In this document: in pieces, positions 45,060 through 55,613 of the stretch | Position numbering within the stretch: position 1 is the stretch's first letter | Layout of the letters: each line of letters begins with the position of its first letter | Translations under genes and position numbers: made by a program | The notes under the pieces: model-generated | The model's database searches: none | The model's input: only the letters and a program-made list of their open reading frames with translations | Told to the model about the DNA's origin: nothing | NCBI GenBank assembly: GCA_965227295.1 | Contig: OZ245742.1 | Span: 1,280,001-1,344,000, forward strand | DNA: 64,000 nucleotides | Source: Leptonemataceae bacterium | GTDB lineage: Bacteria; Spirochaetota; Leptospiria; Leptospirales; Leptonemataceae | Direction of reading: 5' to 3'

Positions 45060-47774
45060 TCAGGCACCGAAACGTTTTAGCGCGCTCTGAAATGCGGCGA
45101 GCTGCTCTTCGGCTTCGGTAAGCTTCATTTTTTCTTTTTCCACGACTTCCGGCGGCGCGTTCTTGAGGAAGCCTTCGCTGCTCAGTTTCTTTTCCAGGCC
45201 GGTTTTGCGCCCTTCAATCTTTTTTACTTCGCCCTTGAGACGTTTGATTTCTTTCTCGATGTCCAGCACGCCTTCCAACGGCAGGTAGACCTCGCCTTCG
45301 CTGAAGGTTTCCATAGCATCGAACTTACCGGAATCGTACTTCGTTTCCACGCGCACGTCTTCGGTCTTTGCGAGGCGCTCCAGCGCCATGGCTTTGTCCG
45401 CCGCGGCCCCGGCCAGGTCCCGGTCCTCGCTGCGAATGATGATTTTTACTTTTTTGTCCGGCGGGATGTTCGTCTCCGCGCGGATCGTGCGAACGGCGCT
45501 GATCACTTCCTGCAATAGGCGCAGGGCCCGGGCCGGGGCTTCGGCCTGTTCCGGAAGGTTCGGTACCGCGGGCCAGGGCGCGGCGGCGAGAAATTCGTCG
45601 CGTTCGTTCGCCGGCTTCTGCCAGTGTTTGAGGCGATCATACAGCTCTTCCGTAATGAACGGCATGAACGGATGCAAAAGACCGAGCATGGAACGCAGTA
45701 CGAAGAATACGGTTTGTCTCGCGGCCTCGGCGGATTCTTCCGAGGCCTTGCCGAACATGCGCGGCTTGATGAACTCAATGTACCAATCGCAGAAGAAACG
45801 CCAGACGAACGTATACGCTTTATCGGCCGCAATGTGAAACTTGTACTCGTCGATGGTCCGTGCCGTTTCTTTCGTTGCGGCGTCCAGCTCGGCCAGGATC
45901 CACCAGTCTTCGGCTTCGAGGGCGAAAGACGTAAGTTTGTTCGATTGCGGTTGCCAGTCCTCGGGGAGGTTCATCAACACGAAGCGGCTGGAGTTCCAGA
46001 TCTTATTCGCGAAGTTCTGGTAACCCTTGAGACGGCTTTCGGAATAGAGCGTGTCCTTGCCCTCGGCCAGCGTGGCGACCAGGAAGAAACGAAACGCGTC
46101 GGCGCCGTAGTTTTCAACGGCCTGCAACGGATCGACGACGTTGCCTTTGGTCTTGGACATCTTCTCGCCGTTCTCATCACGCATGAGGCCGTGGATGTAG
46201 ATCTCACGGAACGGCGGCGCCTTCATGAAGTGCAGGCCGAGCATCATCATCCGCGCGACCCAGAAGAAAATAATGTCGAAGCCCGTAACGAGCACGCTGG
46301 TGGGATAGAACGTCTTCAGGTCCTCGGTTTCGTCCGGCCAGCCCATGGTCGAGAAGGGCCAGAGCCCTGAAGAAAACCAGGTGTCGAGGACGTCCTCGTC
46401 CTGCGTGAGTGCAACGGATTTGCCGTAGTGTTTCTGCGCGAGTTCCGCGGCCTCGCCTTCGTCATGGGCTACGAAGAGCTCGCCGTCCGGGCCGTACCAG
46501 GCGGGGATACGATGACCCCACCACAACTGCCGGGAGATACACCAGTCGCGAATTTCGTACATCCAGTGAAAGTAGGTGTTCTCCCACTGCCTCGGTACAA
46601 ACTTTACATCGCCGGACTTTACGGCTTCGATGGCCGGCTCCGCCAGGGGCTTGATCTTTACGAACCACTGCGTCGAGACAATCGGTTCGACCACGGCGCC
46701 GGAGCGTTGGGAGCGCCCCACGGACATGGCGTGTTCTTTCGATCCGCGTTCGAGACCGAGTTCGGCCAGGTCCTGTTTGATTTTTTTGCGCGCGTCAAAG
46801 CGGTCCAGGCCTTCGTATTTGCCTCCGTTCGCGTTGATGCTCGCGGTTTCGTCGAAGATGTTGATGAATTCGAGATTGTGGCGTTTGCCGGTTTCGTAGT
46901 CGTTCGGATCGTGGGACGGTGTAACCTTTACTGCGCCGGTACCGAACTCCGGGTCCACCAGCTCCGCGTCGCCGATGATCGCTATCTCTCGTTCCAGCAG
47001 CGGGTGCTTTACGGTCTTGCCGATCAGATCTTTGTAACGTTCGTCGTCCGGATGCACGGCGATGGCCGTATCACCCAGCATGGTTTCCGGGCGCGTCGTG
47101 GCGACGACGATCTCGTTCACACTGCCGTTCGCTTCGCTCAAAGGATAGGCAAACGAATACAGCTCGCCCTGATAACCTTCATCGTACTCGACTTCCAGGT
47201 CCGAAAGAACCGTGCGGGTGACCGGATCCCAGTTCACTAATCGCGAATCACGATAGATTAAGCCCTCGTTGTAGAGATCGACAAAGACTTTGCGTACGGC
47301 CCGGGACAGGCCCTCGTCCATCGTAAAGCGCTCACGGCCCCAGTCCACGGAGAAGCCCATGCGCTTTTGCTGACGCTGGATGTTGCCGCCGTACTTCTCT
47401 TTCCACTCCCAGACCTTTTCGATGAATTTTTCGCGGCCCAGGTCATGCCGGGACTTGCCTTCATTTTCCTGAAGCGTGCGTTCCACGCGCACCTGCGTGG
47501 CAATGCCGGCGTGATCCGTACCGGGTAACCAGAGCGTGCGCCGGCCGCGCTTGCGTGCGGCGCGAATGAGTACGTCGGGTATGGTTTGATCGAGGGCGTG
47601 GCCTACGTGCAGGTCACCGGTCACGTTCGGCGGGGGAATGACGATTGAGTACGCGTCTTCGGCCGAAGCGTCGCCGTACTCCGGCCGGAAGACGCCGGCT
47701 TTTTCCCAGGCGTCGATCCAGCGGGACTCGACGGCGGCGGGATCATAGCGGGAATCCAATTCCTCGATGGCCAT
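45060..47774 (-). CDS. valS: Valine--tRNA ligase
   Basis: PPPNVTGDLHVGH, GTDHAGIATQ, DWCISRQLWWGHRIP, KMSKTKGN; start trimmed to ATG 47774. Confidence 0.97.
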   Translation of the reverse strand: MAIEELDSRYDPAAVESRWIDAWEKAGVFRPEYGDASAEDAYSIVIPPPNVTGDLHVGHALDQTIPDVLIRAARKRGRRTLWLPGTDHAGIATQVRVERTLQENEGKSRHDLGREKFIEKVWEWKEKYGGNIQRQQKRMGFSVDWGRERFTMDEGLSRAVRKVFVDLYNEGLIYRDSRLVNWDPVTRTVLSDLEVEYDEGYQGELYSFAYPLSEANGSVNEIVVATTRPETMLGDTAIAVHPDDERYKDLIGKTVKHPLLEREIAIIGDAELVDPEFGTGAVKVTPSHDPNDYETGKRHNLEFINIFDETASINANGGKYEGLDRFDARKKIKQDLAELGLERGSKEHAMSVGRSQRSGAVVEPIVSTQWFVKIKPLAEPAIEAVKSGDVKFVPRQWENTYFHWMYEIRDWCISRQLWWGHRIPAWYGPDGELFVAHDEGEAAELAQKHYGKSVALTQDEDVLDTWFSSGLWPFSTMGWPDETEDLKTFYPTSVLVTGFDIIFFWVARMMMLGLHFMKAPPFREIYIHGLMRDENGEKMSKTKGNVVDPLQAVENYGADAFRFFLVATLAEGKDTLYSESRLKGYQNFANKIWNSSRFVLMNLPEDWQPQSNKLTSFALEAEDWWILAELDAATKETARTIDEYKFHIAADKAYTFVWRFFCDWYIEFIKPRMFGKASEESAEAARQTVFFVLRSMLGLLHPFMPFITEELYDRLKHWQKPANERDEFLAAAPWPAVPNLPEQAEAPARALRLLQEVISAVRTIRAETNIPPDKKVKIIIRSEDRDLAGAAADKAMALERLAKTEDVRVETKYDSGKFDAMETFSEGEVYLPLEGVLDIEKEIKRLKGEVKKIEGRKTGLEKKLSSEGFLKNAPPEVVEKEKMKLTEAEEQLAAFQSALKRFGA

Positions 47775-47824
47775 AGGAATGACACGGAAACGAGGGGCGG
47801 CGCACGGTAAAACCGAAAATTTGC

Positions 47825-48157
47825 TCAGGGCTCGAAGTTCTCGGGCACTGCCTGTTCGCGGCGTCTGCGTTCGGCGGCGGTGTTCAACGGATCGCACGGC
47901 GACGACTGCGGGTCTGCGATGCGCACCCACTTTTCGTAGTCGATGGTCCCGTCTTCTTTCAGGAAGTCGCGTTCAATGAAGTGCGTTTCGCCGACGTAGA
48001 TGTTGAAGCTGGGATCGCAAGGGTCCGGTTCCGACGTTTCGTTCATGAGTGAACTGTAGGTTCGCTTCAACCAGGGAACGTCCTCGCACGCCGTTACAGT
48101 CGTTGCGAGACATAACACGAGCAGGCGCGGGGCGATGTACATGATGCGAAATGACAT
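47825..48157 (-). CDS. Hypothetical lipoprotein
   Basis: Signal-like N-terminus ending VTAC. Confidence 0.45.
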   Translation of the reverse strand: MSFRIMYIAPRLLVLCLATTVTACEDVPWLKRTYSSLMNETSEPDPCDPSFNIYVGETHFIERDFLKEDGTIDYEKWVRIADPQSSPCDPLNTAAERRRREQAVPENFEP

Positions 48158-48227
48158 GCCGAATCCAGTATATCACATGATCGGTTCGCCGCAATCGAGA
48201 ACTCAGTCGCCGCCGACGAAATAACAT

Positions 48228-49166
48228 TCACGGAATTCGCAGGGTTCCCCGGGAGACCTGCACGGCCCCGCCGCCGACGGCCGGCGGAAGCGTGTCCCCA
48301 TTCCTGCGTTCGATGCGAATGTCCAGGTAGCTCGGCCGTCCCATCTCCACTCCCTGTTCAATGCGATACTCGAAGCGCCCATCGGGGCAAGTCTGAATCT
48401 TGCGACTCGTGCCGGCCAGGTAGCCTGCGAAAGCGACGGCGGCGGCCCCCGTCGCCGGGTCCTCGGGAATGCCCAGGGCCGGGGCAAACATGCGCGAGCG
48501 AACATGAGCCCCGGGATGTTCCGGCTCGAAGCAGAAGACATAAACCTCTCCTGCACGCATGTTAGCAAATACGCGATCGTATGCGTCGCGGCGAATGCAT
48601 GCGGTGCCGAGCACGCTGCGATTGCGGACCGGCACCATGAGAAAGGGAACGCCGCCGGAGGCCGTGGCGGGCGCGAACTCCGCGCCTTCAAATTCGTTGC
48701 CGATGTCGCCAGCGTCGATGCCGAGGACCTCTGCCAGGGCCTGCGTTTCAGGGGCCTCGGGATGCACGTCTACCGAACGTGCCGCGGTAAGACGGGCAAA
48801 GGCCGGCCGGTCGCCGTTCCATTCGATGTCCACGGTGACCGGACCGATACCTTCGTGCAAGATGAGTCGACTCGCGCTGCCGCCGGACGGTGGATTGCCG
48901 ATTTCGGCAAGAGTCAACGCCGAGCCGATCGTGGGATGGCCGGCGAAGGGCAGCTCTTTCGCCGGTGTGAAGATGCGTACTGGAAACTCCGATGCCGCCC
49001 GGGCCGGGCCCACGAAGACGGTTTCCGAGAGATTGAATTCGCGCGCAATCTTTTGCATGGCGTCGTCGCCGAGGCGGCCTTCCGGATCCAGTACGATTGC
49101 CAGGGGATTGCCGCCGAAAAGCCTGTCCGTAAAAACATCACAGGTAAAGAACTCGTACGTATTCAT
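48228..49166 (-). CDS. PhzF-family isomerase
   Basis: DVFT...GGNPLA, NLSETVF, RIFTP..ELPFAGHPT, EDPATG, EQG.EMGRPS. Confidence 0.92.
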   Translation of the reverse strand: MNTYEFFTCDVFTDRLFGGNPLAIVLDPEGRLGDDAMQKIAREFNLSETVFVGPARAASEFPVRIFTPAKELPFAGHPTIGSALTLAEIGNPPSGGSASRLILHEGIGPVTVDIEWNGDRPAFARLTAARSVDVHPEAPETQALAEVLGIDAGDIGNEFEGAEFAPATASGGVPFLMVPVRNRSVLGTACIRRDAYDRVFANMRAGEVYVFCFEPEHPGAHVRSRMFAPALGIPEDPATGAAAVAFAGYLAGTSRKIQTCPDGRFEYRIEQGVEMGRPSYLDIRIERRNGDTLPPAVGGGAVQVSRGTLRIP

Positions 49167-50410
49167 CGCCGGACCTCCGTTACGTTTGCATTGACTTCTG
49201 ATAATGCGAACTTAAGGGTTTGCCCGAGCCTGCGAATCCCTTCGAAAATGCGGTCTTCGTCGGAATTTGAAAAGTTCAATCGCATGAAACGATCCCCGTC
49301 GGTGGTATCGCCGGCGAAAAAGCAGCCCCCGGGGACAAAAAGTACGTCACGGTTTCGCGCGCGCTCGAGTATGGCATTTGCCGAAAGGGAGTCCGGCAAT
49401 CGGCACCAGAAGAACATGCCGCCCTCGGGAACACGATAGCGGACCTCCGCGGGAAATTCACTTTCCATCGCTGCATGCATCGCATCGCGACGGCGGCGGT
49501 ACTTACGGCGGAGGAACTCGATGTGTTCGTCCAGATTGGAGGTTCGCAAGAATTCGGCGAGGATGTGCTGGCCGAGCTCGCCCGTGTGCAGATCCGCCGC
49601 CTGCTTGAGTCGCACGAGGCGGTCCAGGACGGCCCGCGGTGCGTGCACCCATCCGATGCGCAGGCCCGGTGCCGCGATTTTTGAGAAACTCCCGAGCAGG
49701 ATTACATTCTCCGAAAGTGTGCGAATGGCCGGCGGCCGCGAAGAGGAAGTATCACCATAGTACAATTCGCCGTACGGATCATCTTCAATCACTACGGCAC
49801 TTCCGGAATCCGCCAGCCGGGCGACCTCCCGGCGTTTTGCGGCCGAGCACGTGATACCGGACGGATTCTGAAAGTTCGGCGTTGTATAGAACAAGGGCGG
49901 CTTGCCGGCGTTGCGCTGCAGTGCGGTGCAGGTCTCCGTAAGTGTCCGTGTGCAAACCCCGTCCGCCTCCAGCGGCACTTCTGCAAACCTCGGCTCGTAG
50001 CATTCAAATGCCTGGAGCGCGCCGAGGTACGAAGGAGCCTCGACTACTACGGCGTCTCCGGAATTCAGGAGAGCCCGGCCCAGGAGATCCAGCGCCTGCT
50101 GGGAGCCGTTCGTTATTAAGATATCTTCAGCAAAAGCTAAAACACCACGCTGTCTGCGCAATCGTGCGGCTATCATCTCCCGGAGTTCCGTCAGCCCCTC
50201 GGACAACCCGTACTGGAGTGCCGCGCGTCCCGTGCCTTCGTCGGCCAGTATTCGCTGTGCTGCCGCGGCGAATGCCGGCGTCGGGAACGCTTCCGCGGCG
50301 GGCAGGCCTCCGGCAAACGAGATCGTCTCCGGATCTACGGCCGCTTTCAGCATTTCCCGGATGTGCGACGTGCGGATGCGCCGGGTTCTCTCCGCGAACT
50401 TCCAGTCCAT
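49163..50410 (-). CDS. PLP-dependent aminotransferase class I (LysN/Aro8-like)
   Basis: ISFAGGLP, ITNGSQQALDL, PNFQNPSG, EDDPY, GSFSKIAAPGLRIGW; start trimmed to ATG 50410. Confidence 0.9.
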   Translation of the reverse strand: MDWKFAERTRRIRTSHIREMLKAAVDPETISFAGGLPAAEAFPTPAFAAAAQRILADEGTGRAALQYGLSEGLTELREMIAARLRRQRGVLAFAEDILITNGSQQALDLLGRALLNSGDAVVVEAPSYLGALQAFECYEPRFAEVPLEADGVCTRTLTETCTALQRNAGKPPLFYTTPNFQNPSGITCSAAKRREVARLADSGSAVVIEDDPYGELYYGDTSSSRPPAIRTLSENVILLGSFSKIAAPGLRIGWVHAPRAVLDRLVRLKQAADLHTGELGQHILAEFLRTSNLDEHIEFLRRKYRRRRDAMHAAMESEFPAEVRYRVPEGGMFFWCRLPDSLSANAILERARNRDVLFVPGGCFFAGDTTDGDRFMRLNFSNSDEDRIFEGIRRLGQTLKFALSEVNANVTEVRR

Positions 50411-50528
50411 GCACGCATCATACATGTTTTCCTGGATTCGAGAAGGTACAGTCGCGGGAATTGTAATCATAACAGTTGTTAAAAAAACTCGCTTGCTATG
50501 GATACAGTTTTCCCGAAAACTCGCTCCC

Positions 50529-51995
50529 GTGAAAACTGCGCCCTACCGATACGAGCAACTGGCGGCGCGCCTGGCGGAACGCATTCGCGAAGGCGGGCTT
50601 CCGCCGGGGGAGCGGCTGCCGTCCGTACGCGCACTCAGTCGAAAAGAACGCGTCAGCATTTCTACGGCGCTGCACGCCTATGAACTCCTGGAACGCCAGG
50701 GCCTGGTGCGATCGCGCCCGCAGTCCGGTTACTATGTGGACTACGATACCGCGGCCTATTTCCCGTCGCCGGAGGTCAGCCGCCCACCCCTGCGCCCGGC
50801 CTATGTTGATGTCGGAGAAACCATCATTGATCTACTGGCCATCGCCCGGAGCGGAGAGTACGCTCCGTTTGCTGCCGCGGTACCCGCCGAGGAGCTGCTG
50901 CCCGTGCGTCGCATGAATAAGATCATGGCGGATCTTTGCCGGCGCGCAGATAACCCCGGCCTGCGCTACGAACTACCTCCGGGGAATGCTGAATTGCGTC
51001 GCCAGCTCGGCCGGCTTTCGTTTGATCGTGGTGAAAGCCTGGGCGCGGATGATTTCATCATCACCACCGGATGCATGGAGGCGTTGAACCTCGGGTTGCG
51101 CGCCGTGGCTCGCCCCGGTGCGGTGATTGTCATCGAGTCGCCGGTGTATTACGGCATCTTGCTGACGATTGCGAGTCTCGGCATGCAGGCCCTGGAAATT
51201 CCGACGCATCCCGCCGGGGGAGTGCGTCTGGCGGAACTGGAGAAGATTCTGAAGCGCCGCCGCGTCGACGCGTGTCTGTTTTCTCCGAACTTCAACAATC
51301 CCCTGGGTTCGTTGCTGGCCGAGGAATCTAAACATGATCTTGCAAGAATCTTAGAAAAGTACAATACGCCGCTCATCGAAGACGACATCTACGGGGATCT
51401 CCATTTTGACGAAGCGCGTCCGCGGACGGTGAAGTCGTTCGATCGTAAGGGCCAGGTATTGCTGTGTTCGTCGTTTTCGAAGACGCTTGCGCCGGGCTAT
51501 CGAGTGGGGTACATCGCGCCCGGGGACCGCTGGCGACGGGACGTCGAGAAACTCAAGTTCATGAACACCGTGGCGACGAACAGTCCCGGCCAGGCGGTAC
51601 TGGCGGAATTTCTACGCGGCGGAAGTTACGATCGTCACCTGCGTAAGTTGCGCCGGGCGTTTCGGGAGCAGACGACGACAGCCCTGGCCCTGATTCGCGA
51701 AAGTTTTCCGGAAGGCACGCGCATCAGCCCGGCGCGCGGAGGCTTTGTGTTGTGGATCGAACTTCCGGAAGGCAGCGACAGTCACGTCCTGTACAATCGC
51801 GCGCTGGAACACGGCATTGCGATTCTACCGGGCCTCGCGTTTTCCAATACCGATCGTTTTCGTCGGTGCATCCGGTTGAGTTGCGGCCATCCCTGGAATG
51901 AGCGCAATCGCGCGGCGCTGCGTAAGCTCGGAGAACTGGCCGACGGTGTACGTCGCGGTACGCGGCGACGATCAGTTCGTCAGCGGCATGCGTAG
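50529..51995 (+). CDS. MocR/GntR-family PLP-binding transcriptional regulator
   Basis: GERLPSVR...VSIST...AY..LE..G...SRPQSGYYV followed by aminotransferase domain (NNPLG, EDDIY, SFSKTLAPG); GTG 50529. Confidence 0.9.
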   Translation: MKTAPYRYEQLAARLAERIREGGLPPGERLPSVRALSRKERVSISTALHAYELLERQGLVRSRPQSGYYVDYDTAAYFPSPEVSRPPLRPAYVDVGETIIDLLAIARSGEYAPFAAAVPAEELLPVRRMNKIMADLCRRADNPGLRYELPPGNAELRRQLGRLSFDRGESLGADDFIITTGCMEALNLGLRAVARPGAVIVIESPVYYGILLTIASLGMQALEIPTHPAGGVRLAELEKILKRRRVDACLFSPNFNNPLGSLLAEESKHDLARILEKYNTPLIEDDIYGDLHFDEARPRTVKSFDRKGQVLLCSSFSKTLAPGYRVGYIAPGDRWRRDVEKLKFMNTVATNSPGQAVLAEFLRGGSYDRHLRKLRRAFREQTTTALALIRESFPEGTRISPARGGFVLWIELPEGSDSHVLYNRALEHGIAILPGLAFSNTDRFRRCIRLSCGHPWNERNRAALRKLGELADGVRRGTRRRSVRQRHA

Positions 51996-53852
51996 ATAAC
52001 CGTCGGCGTGACTCGAGTTCGCCGCTTTGAAGGATGCATAGAGCCGTAAGAACGCGGCATCGTAAGTCAGGCGGCCGGGAGTAAGTTGATAGTTGCTGAG
52101 CTGGCCGGACAGATCGATGTTCGCGCAGGAAGTTCCGTCGGCATGGCACCGAATCAAAGCGGCTGACCCCGCTCCGCCGTGAGCAGACTCCGGATCGATA
52201 CGATAGCTGAGATACAGGCGGTTGAGCTCCGGAATAATGACGATGCCGCCGAAATGAGCGGATGGCGGCGGATTATCCGGCAGGCTGAGCCTTGTGCAGT
52301 TCTGCATGTTTGCGGAATCGCAACGCATGAGGTGCGGGCGATATTCGATGATGGGCTGGCCGCCGGAGTAACCGACAACTTCCGCCTCCGTGCCGGCACC
52401 GAAGATCTGACCGGTGCGATGATTGTAGCCGAACTTCAGGTCCTCGAAATAGTTCAGGTTCCAATTGCGTTGCTCACACGAGCCGCCACGATTATTGCAA
52501 ACCACGACGCTGCGAGAGTTGCGGCCGGTGTAGGCGATGAGTTTTCGTTCCTCGGGAATCAGCAGGGCGTTTTGTCTGCCCCGCTTACGATCGACTCCGG
52601 TGGCGAGGGGCCTGAGAGTGCAACCCGTGCCGTCAAGATTGCAGCGATGCAGATACAGCGTGGTTTCGCTGGATTCTTCGTCGTAAGCCGCACTCACACC
52701 GAGTAGTTTGCGTGAGAGAGGATCGTCTGTCACACTGGCGGGCGCGTCGGACAATTCCGCCGGCCGATACAGGGATTCGTAGGTGCAGCTTGCTGGATTG
52801 CCCGGCGTACACAGGAAGAGGGACGGGGCCCCGGGGTCCGTTATCGTGAGCAGGCGTTGCTCCAGATCATCAAAGAAGGCCGTCGGAAATTTTGGGCTGG
52901 CGTTGGGAAAACTCGAGCCGGCATCGCTGATGCTGCACGTTGTCATGGCGCCGTTGCATGCAGTGAATTCCAGAAAGCCGCTGCCTCCCATGCCTGTTGC
53001 CAGAAGTTTGCCATTGACCGCGTCGAATCCGAAGTCATCAATGCGGGACAGGCTGCCGCTGTCCGTAATAGAATGTCGCGAAACATTAGCGGGAACCACG
53101 TCGTAACCGGAAAGATCCGGCTCCACGTCGCGGACGAGCAGATACGTGGAAGCATCCCGACCGTTGCTATTGCGCAGTGTGATTTCCAGTTGTCGGTCAT
53201 AGCACCTGCCGTCGGTGCTGGTGTGGACCGTCAGACCCTGAGGGATGTCATAGTTGTCCGGTGTAAACGTAAGGCTGTTCGGACTTACGGAAAATCCGCT
53301 CGCTCCGCCCGTAATGCGACCGATGCCGGTATTGAACGTAAGGCTTTCAGCGGGCTGATGCAACAGCCGGACCGAAACGTTCGCCGTAGCGCCCTCGGAC
53401 ACAATGACGTCGCCGTAGCTCAGGACTCGTACGGGTGCTGTTCCGGCGGAGGTCACCGTAAAGCTGAGCGTGCCGCTGACGAGGCTGCCGTCCGGCAGAA
53501 CAATCAATTGAAAGGTAAACAGGGTGCCGTCGGTTTGCTCGACGTTTACAATGTAGGTGCCGGCGACCAGGCGTGTGGCAAACTGGCCCAATTCGTCCGT
53601 CTCTACTTCGATCACGAACTCCGGGCTGTCCAAAGGAGCGATGCTGAGCCGCGAGTTCGCGACGGGCGTTCCGTCCGGATCGTACAGGTAAGAAGAAACA
53701 AAGAGACCGCTTGCGCGATTTATGATGTCGGTAAAGGCAGCGGCGCCGAGGAGGTTGGCGTCCAGAAAATCGCTGCGGGGGGCGGCGTGGCAGGCTGCGA
53801 GGAAAGCGATGATGCCGGATGTAATTATAGTACGAACGTTCCCGGCCTTCAC
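51972..53852 (-). CDS. Large lipoprotein with Ig-like N-terminal part and Cys-pair repeats
   Basis: Lipobox FLAAC; repeated C-x(6-7)-C motifs (CNLDGTGC, CNNRGGSC, CHADGTSC). Confidence 0.6.
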   Translation of the reverse strand: MKAGNVRTIITSGIIAFLAACHAAPRSDFLDANLLGAAAFTDIINRASGLFVSSYLYDPDGTPVANSRLSIAPLDSPEFVIEVETDELGQFATRLVAGTYIVNVEQTDGTLFTFQLIVLPDGSLVSGTLSFTVTSAGTAPVRVLSYGDVIVSEGATANVSVRLLHQPAESLTFNTGIGRITGGASGFSVSPNSLTFTPDNYDIPQGLTVHTSTDGRCYDRQLEITLRNSNGRDASTYLLVRDVEPDLSGYDVVPANVSRHSITDSGSLSRIDDFGFDAVNGKLLATGMGGSGFLEFTACNGAMTTCSISDAGSSFPNASPKFPTAFFDDLEQRLLTITDPGAPSLFLCTPGNPASCTYESLYRPAELSDAPASVTDDPLSRKLLGVSAAYDEESSETTLYLHRCNLDGTGCTLRPLATGVDRKRGRQNALLIPEERKLIAYTGRNSRSVVVCNNRGGSCEQRNWNLNYFEDLKFGYNHRTGQIFGAGTEAEVVGYSGGQPIIEYRPHLMRCDSANMQNCTRLSLPDNPPPSAHFGGIVIIPELNRLYLSYRIDPESAHGGAGSAALIRCHADGTSCANIDLSGQLSNYQLTPGRLTYDAAFLRLYASFKAANSSHADGYLRMPLTN

Positions 53853-54659
53853 TTACAGCCTCCACTCAAATTCGACGAAAAATCCGCGGTCTTCGAGTTC
53901 TTTTTTTCGTCGCGCCGGACTGAGCTCCGCCGTGTTCCGACTGAAGGTATGTAGATGAAACGATGCTCCGCGATCGTTTGCATCCTCAAATCCAGGGAGG
54001 TCTTGCGTGTCGGGCGCGAAGTACGCGTCGGCCAGGTTCCAGACGTATACCGCGCCCGCGAGGAGGGCGATCCAGTCCAGACGGCGGGCCGAAGCTTCGG
54101 CGCGGGATTGGGCTTGTTGACCGAGGTCGGCAGCATAGAAACTGAACGGCAGTGTGAGCGAGACGTTGGCGTAAGATGCGACAGCGAGGTTCCGGGCGGA
54201 GTCGAGTTCCGCCTGAGCGGATCGCCACATCTTTTGCTCATTCAGGTATTGGTAACCCAACAGGAGCAGGGACGCAAGAAAAACTCCGCCCCGTACGGGG
54301 TGTTCGTTTCGCCACTGGCCCCATCCGGGAACGACGGCGGAGCGGCCCGCGGACGACCAGCCGCCGGCGGGCAGCCATTCATCGGGAACGTCGCCGGGAG
54401 AGCCGTTTTCCGGGCGCTCCCAATCCACGTCGGCGATCTCAATGCGGCTTATGTCGCGCTCGCGTACGAGGATGGTGTTCCCGTCTTCAAAGATCAGGAA
54501 ATGACCGTCGCGGCCCGGTGTGGTCTTGACGTTCTCGTACACCCGTCCGTCATGCAGGTATACCGAATCCGCGCGCAGAGAATCGCTCCCTGCGAACAGC
54601 AACGTCAGGCTCAAGAGCGCCGCCGCCAAAACGACCGCGCGGGATGTTGTGGGGATCAC
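53853..54659 (-). CDS. Exported hypothetical protein (DUF5683-like RSAVVPGWGQW motif)
   Basis: Signal peptide, ADSVYLHDGR, RSAVVPGWGQW, YVWNLADAY. Confidence 0.6.
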   Translation of the reverse strand: MIPTTSRAVVLAAALLSLTLLFAGSDSLRADSVYLHDGRVYENVKTTPGRDGHFLIFEDGNTILVRERDISRIEIADVDWERPENGSPGDVPDEWLPAGGWSSAGRSAVVPGWGQWRNEHPVRGGVFLASLLLLGYQYLNEQKMWRSAQAELDSARNLAVASYANVSLTLPFSFYAADLGQQAQSRAEASARRLDWIALLAGAVYVWNLADAYFAPDTQDLPGFEDANDRGASFHLHTFSRNTAELSPARRKKELEDRGFFVEFEWRL

Positions 54660-55540
54660 CGCTGCTCCGGTTGATCCGGTAGCGCCTCAATCTTCTTCAC
54701 TTTGTTGCGGGCTACCGTGATCGTACTGTGCTCCGTGCGCAGTTCAACGGTATCCCCTTGATCGGTCAAATAACCTTCGTAACTCCGGCCGTCCTGGAGC
54801 GTCAGTCGGACGAAGCGTGGAACGGGCCGGGCTTCCACGTCTTCGTCTGCATCTTCCTCAATCACGACCGGTGACCATCCGCGAGCAGTGGCCGCGGTTT
54901 CGTCCAGACCGGCGAGTTCGGCGACGGCTTTGCTGGAAAGCGGGCCGGGTTCCGGCAGAACGGGATCCCCTTCGGATATGGTGAGTTCCATGCGATCTTC
55001 AAGAACCACGGACGTCCCGGTCCGGGAATCGTGAACCTCCACCGGACCTTCCAGGACCTCCAGCACGGCGGCGAAGCGTGTCAGTCGCAGGCGGACGGTG
55101 GTCCCCAGGAGTTCGTATTGTACGCGCTCGGTCTGGAGGATGATGGGACGACGCTCGTCTCTGGCTTTGCGCGTGGTGACGAAAAGTGAGCCGCCCTTCG
55201 GCTGCAGGACCAGGCGGCCGGTGCTTTGCTGGAAGTGTAGTTGTGCATCCCGCGTTCCCGCTTCGAAGCGAAAACCGGCGTGGCCTGAATCGGTAAATTC
55301 CAGGACGGAACCGGGCTGGAGCCGTAACGTGTCGCCGCCATGAAAGACGACTTCGCCGTAGGCCAGGGGCCGGGCGTTGCCGTCCCGCACCAGTTCTACG
55401 GAATCCGCGCGATCCACCAGGAGCGGCCTCGGTCCGGTGCCGGAATCACTCAGCTGGACGAACGCCAGGCCGGCGACAATCAAGACCGCCGCCGCGGCAG
55501 CGTAGATCCAGGTGCGGTTCGCGGGACGGGCCGCCGGCAC
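54656..55540 (-). CDS. FecR-like anti-sigma/sensor protein (start uncertain; frame open to 55699)
   Basis: Single TM, GDTLRL, LLGT...LEVLEGPVEV FecR-like motifs; downstream of ECF sigma. Confidence 0.65.
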   Translation of the reverse strand: MPAARPANRTWIYAAAAAVLIVAGLAFVQLSDSGTGPRPLLVDRADSVELVRDGNARPLAYGEVVFHGGDTLRLQPGSVLEFTDSGHAGFRFEAGTRDAQLHFQQSTGRLVLQPKGGSLFVTTRKARDERRPIILQTERVQYELLGTTVRLRLTRFAAVLEVLEGPVEVHDSRTGTSVVLEDRMELTISEGDPVLPEPGPLSSKAVAELAGLDETAATARGWSPVVIEEDADEDVEARPVPRFVRLTLQDGRSYEGYLTDQGDTVELRTEHSTITVARNKVKKIEALPDQPEQR

Positions 55541-55613
55541 AGCCAGTTCGGTCAGAGCGGCGTCGATGCGAGTGCGGACGCGTTCGGGAATGACGGGTGC
55601 CGGGACGGCCAGA

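Noticed and set aside
48228-49166. Phenazine biosynthesis cluster
   Set aside because: Lone PhzF-family gene with no phzA/B/D/E/G.
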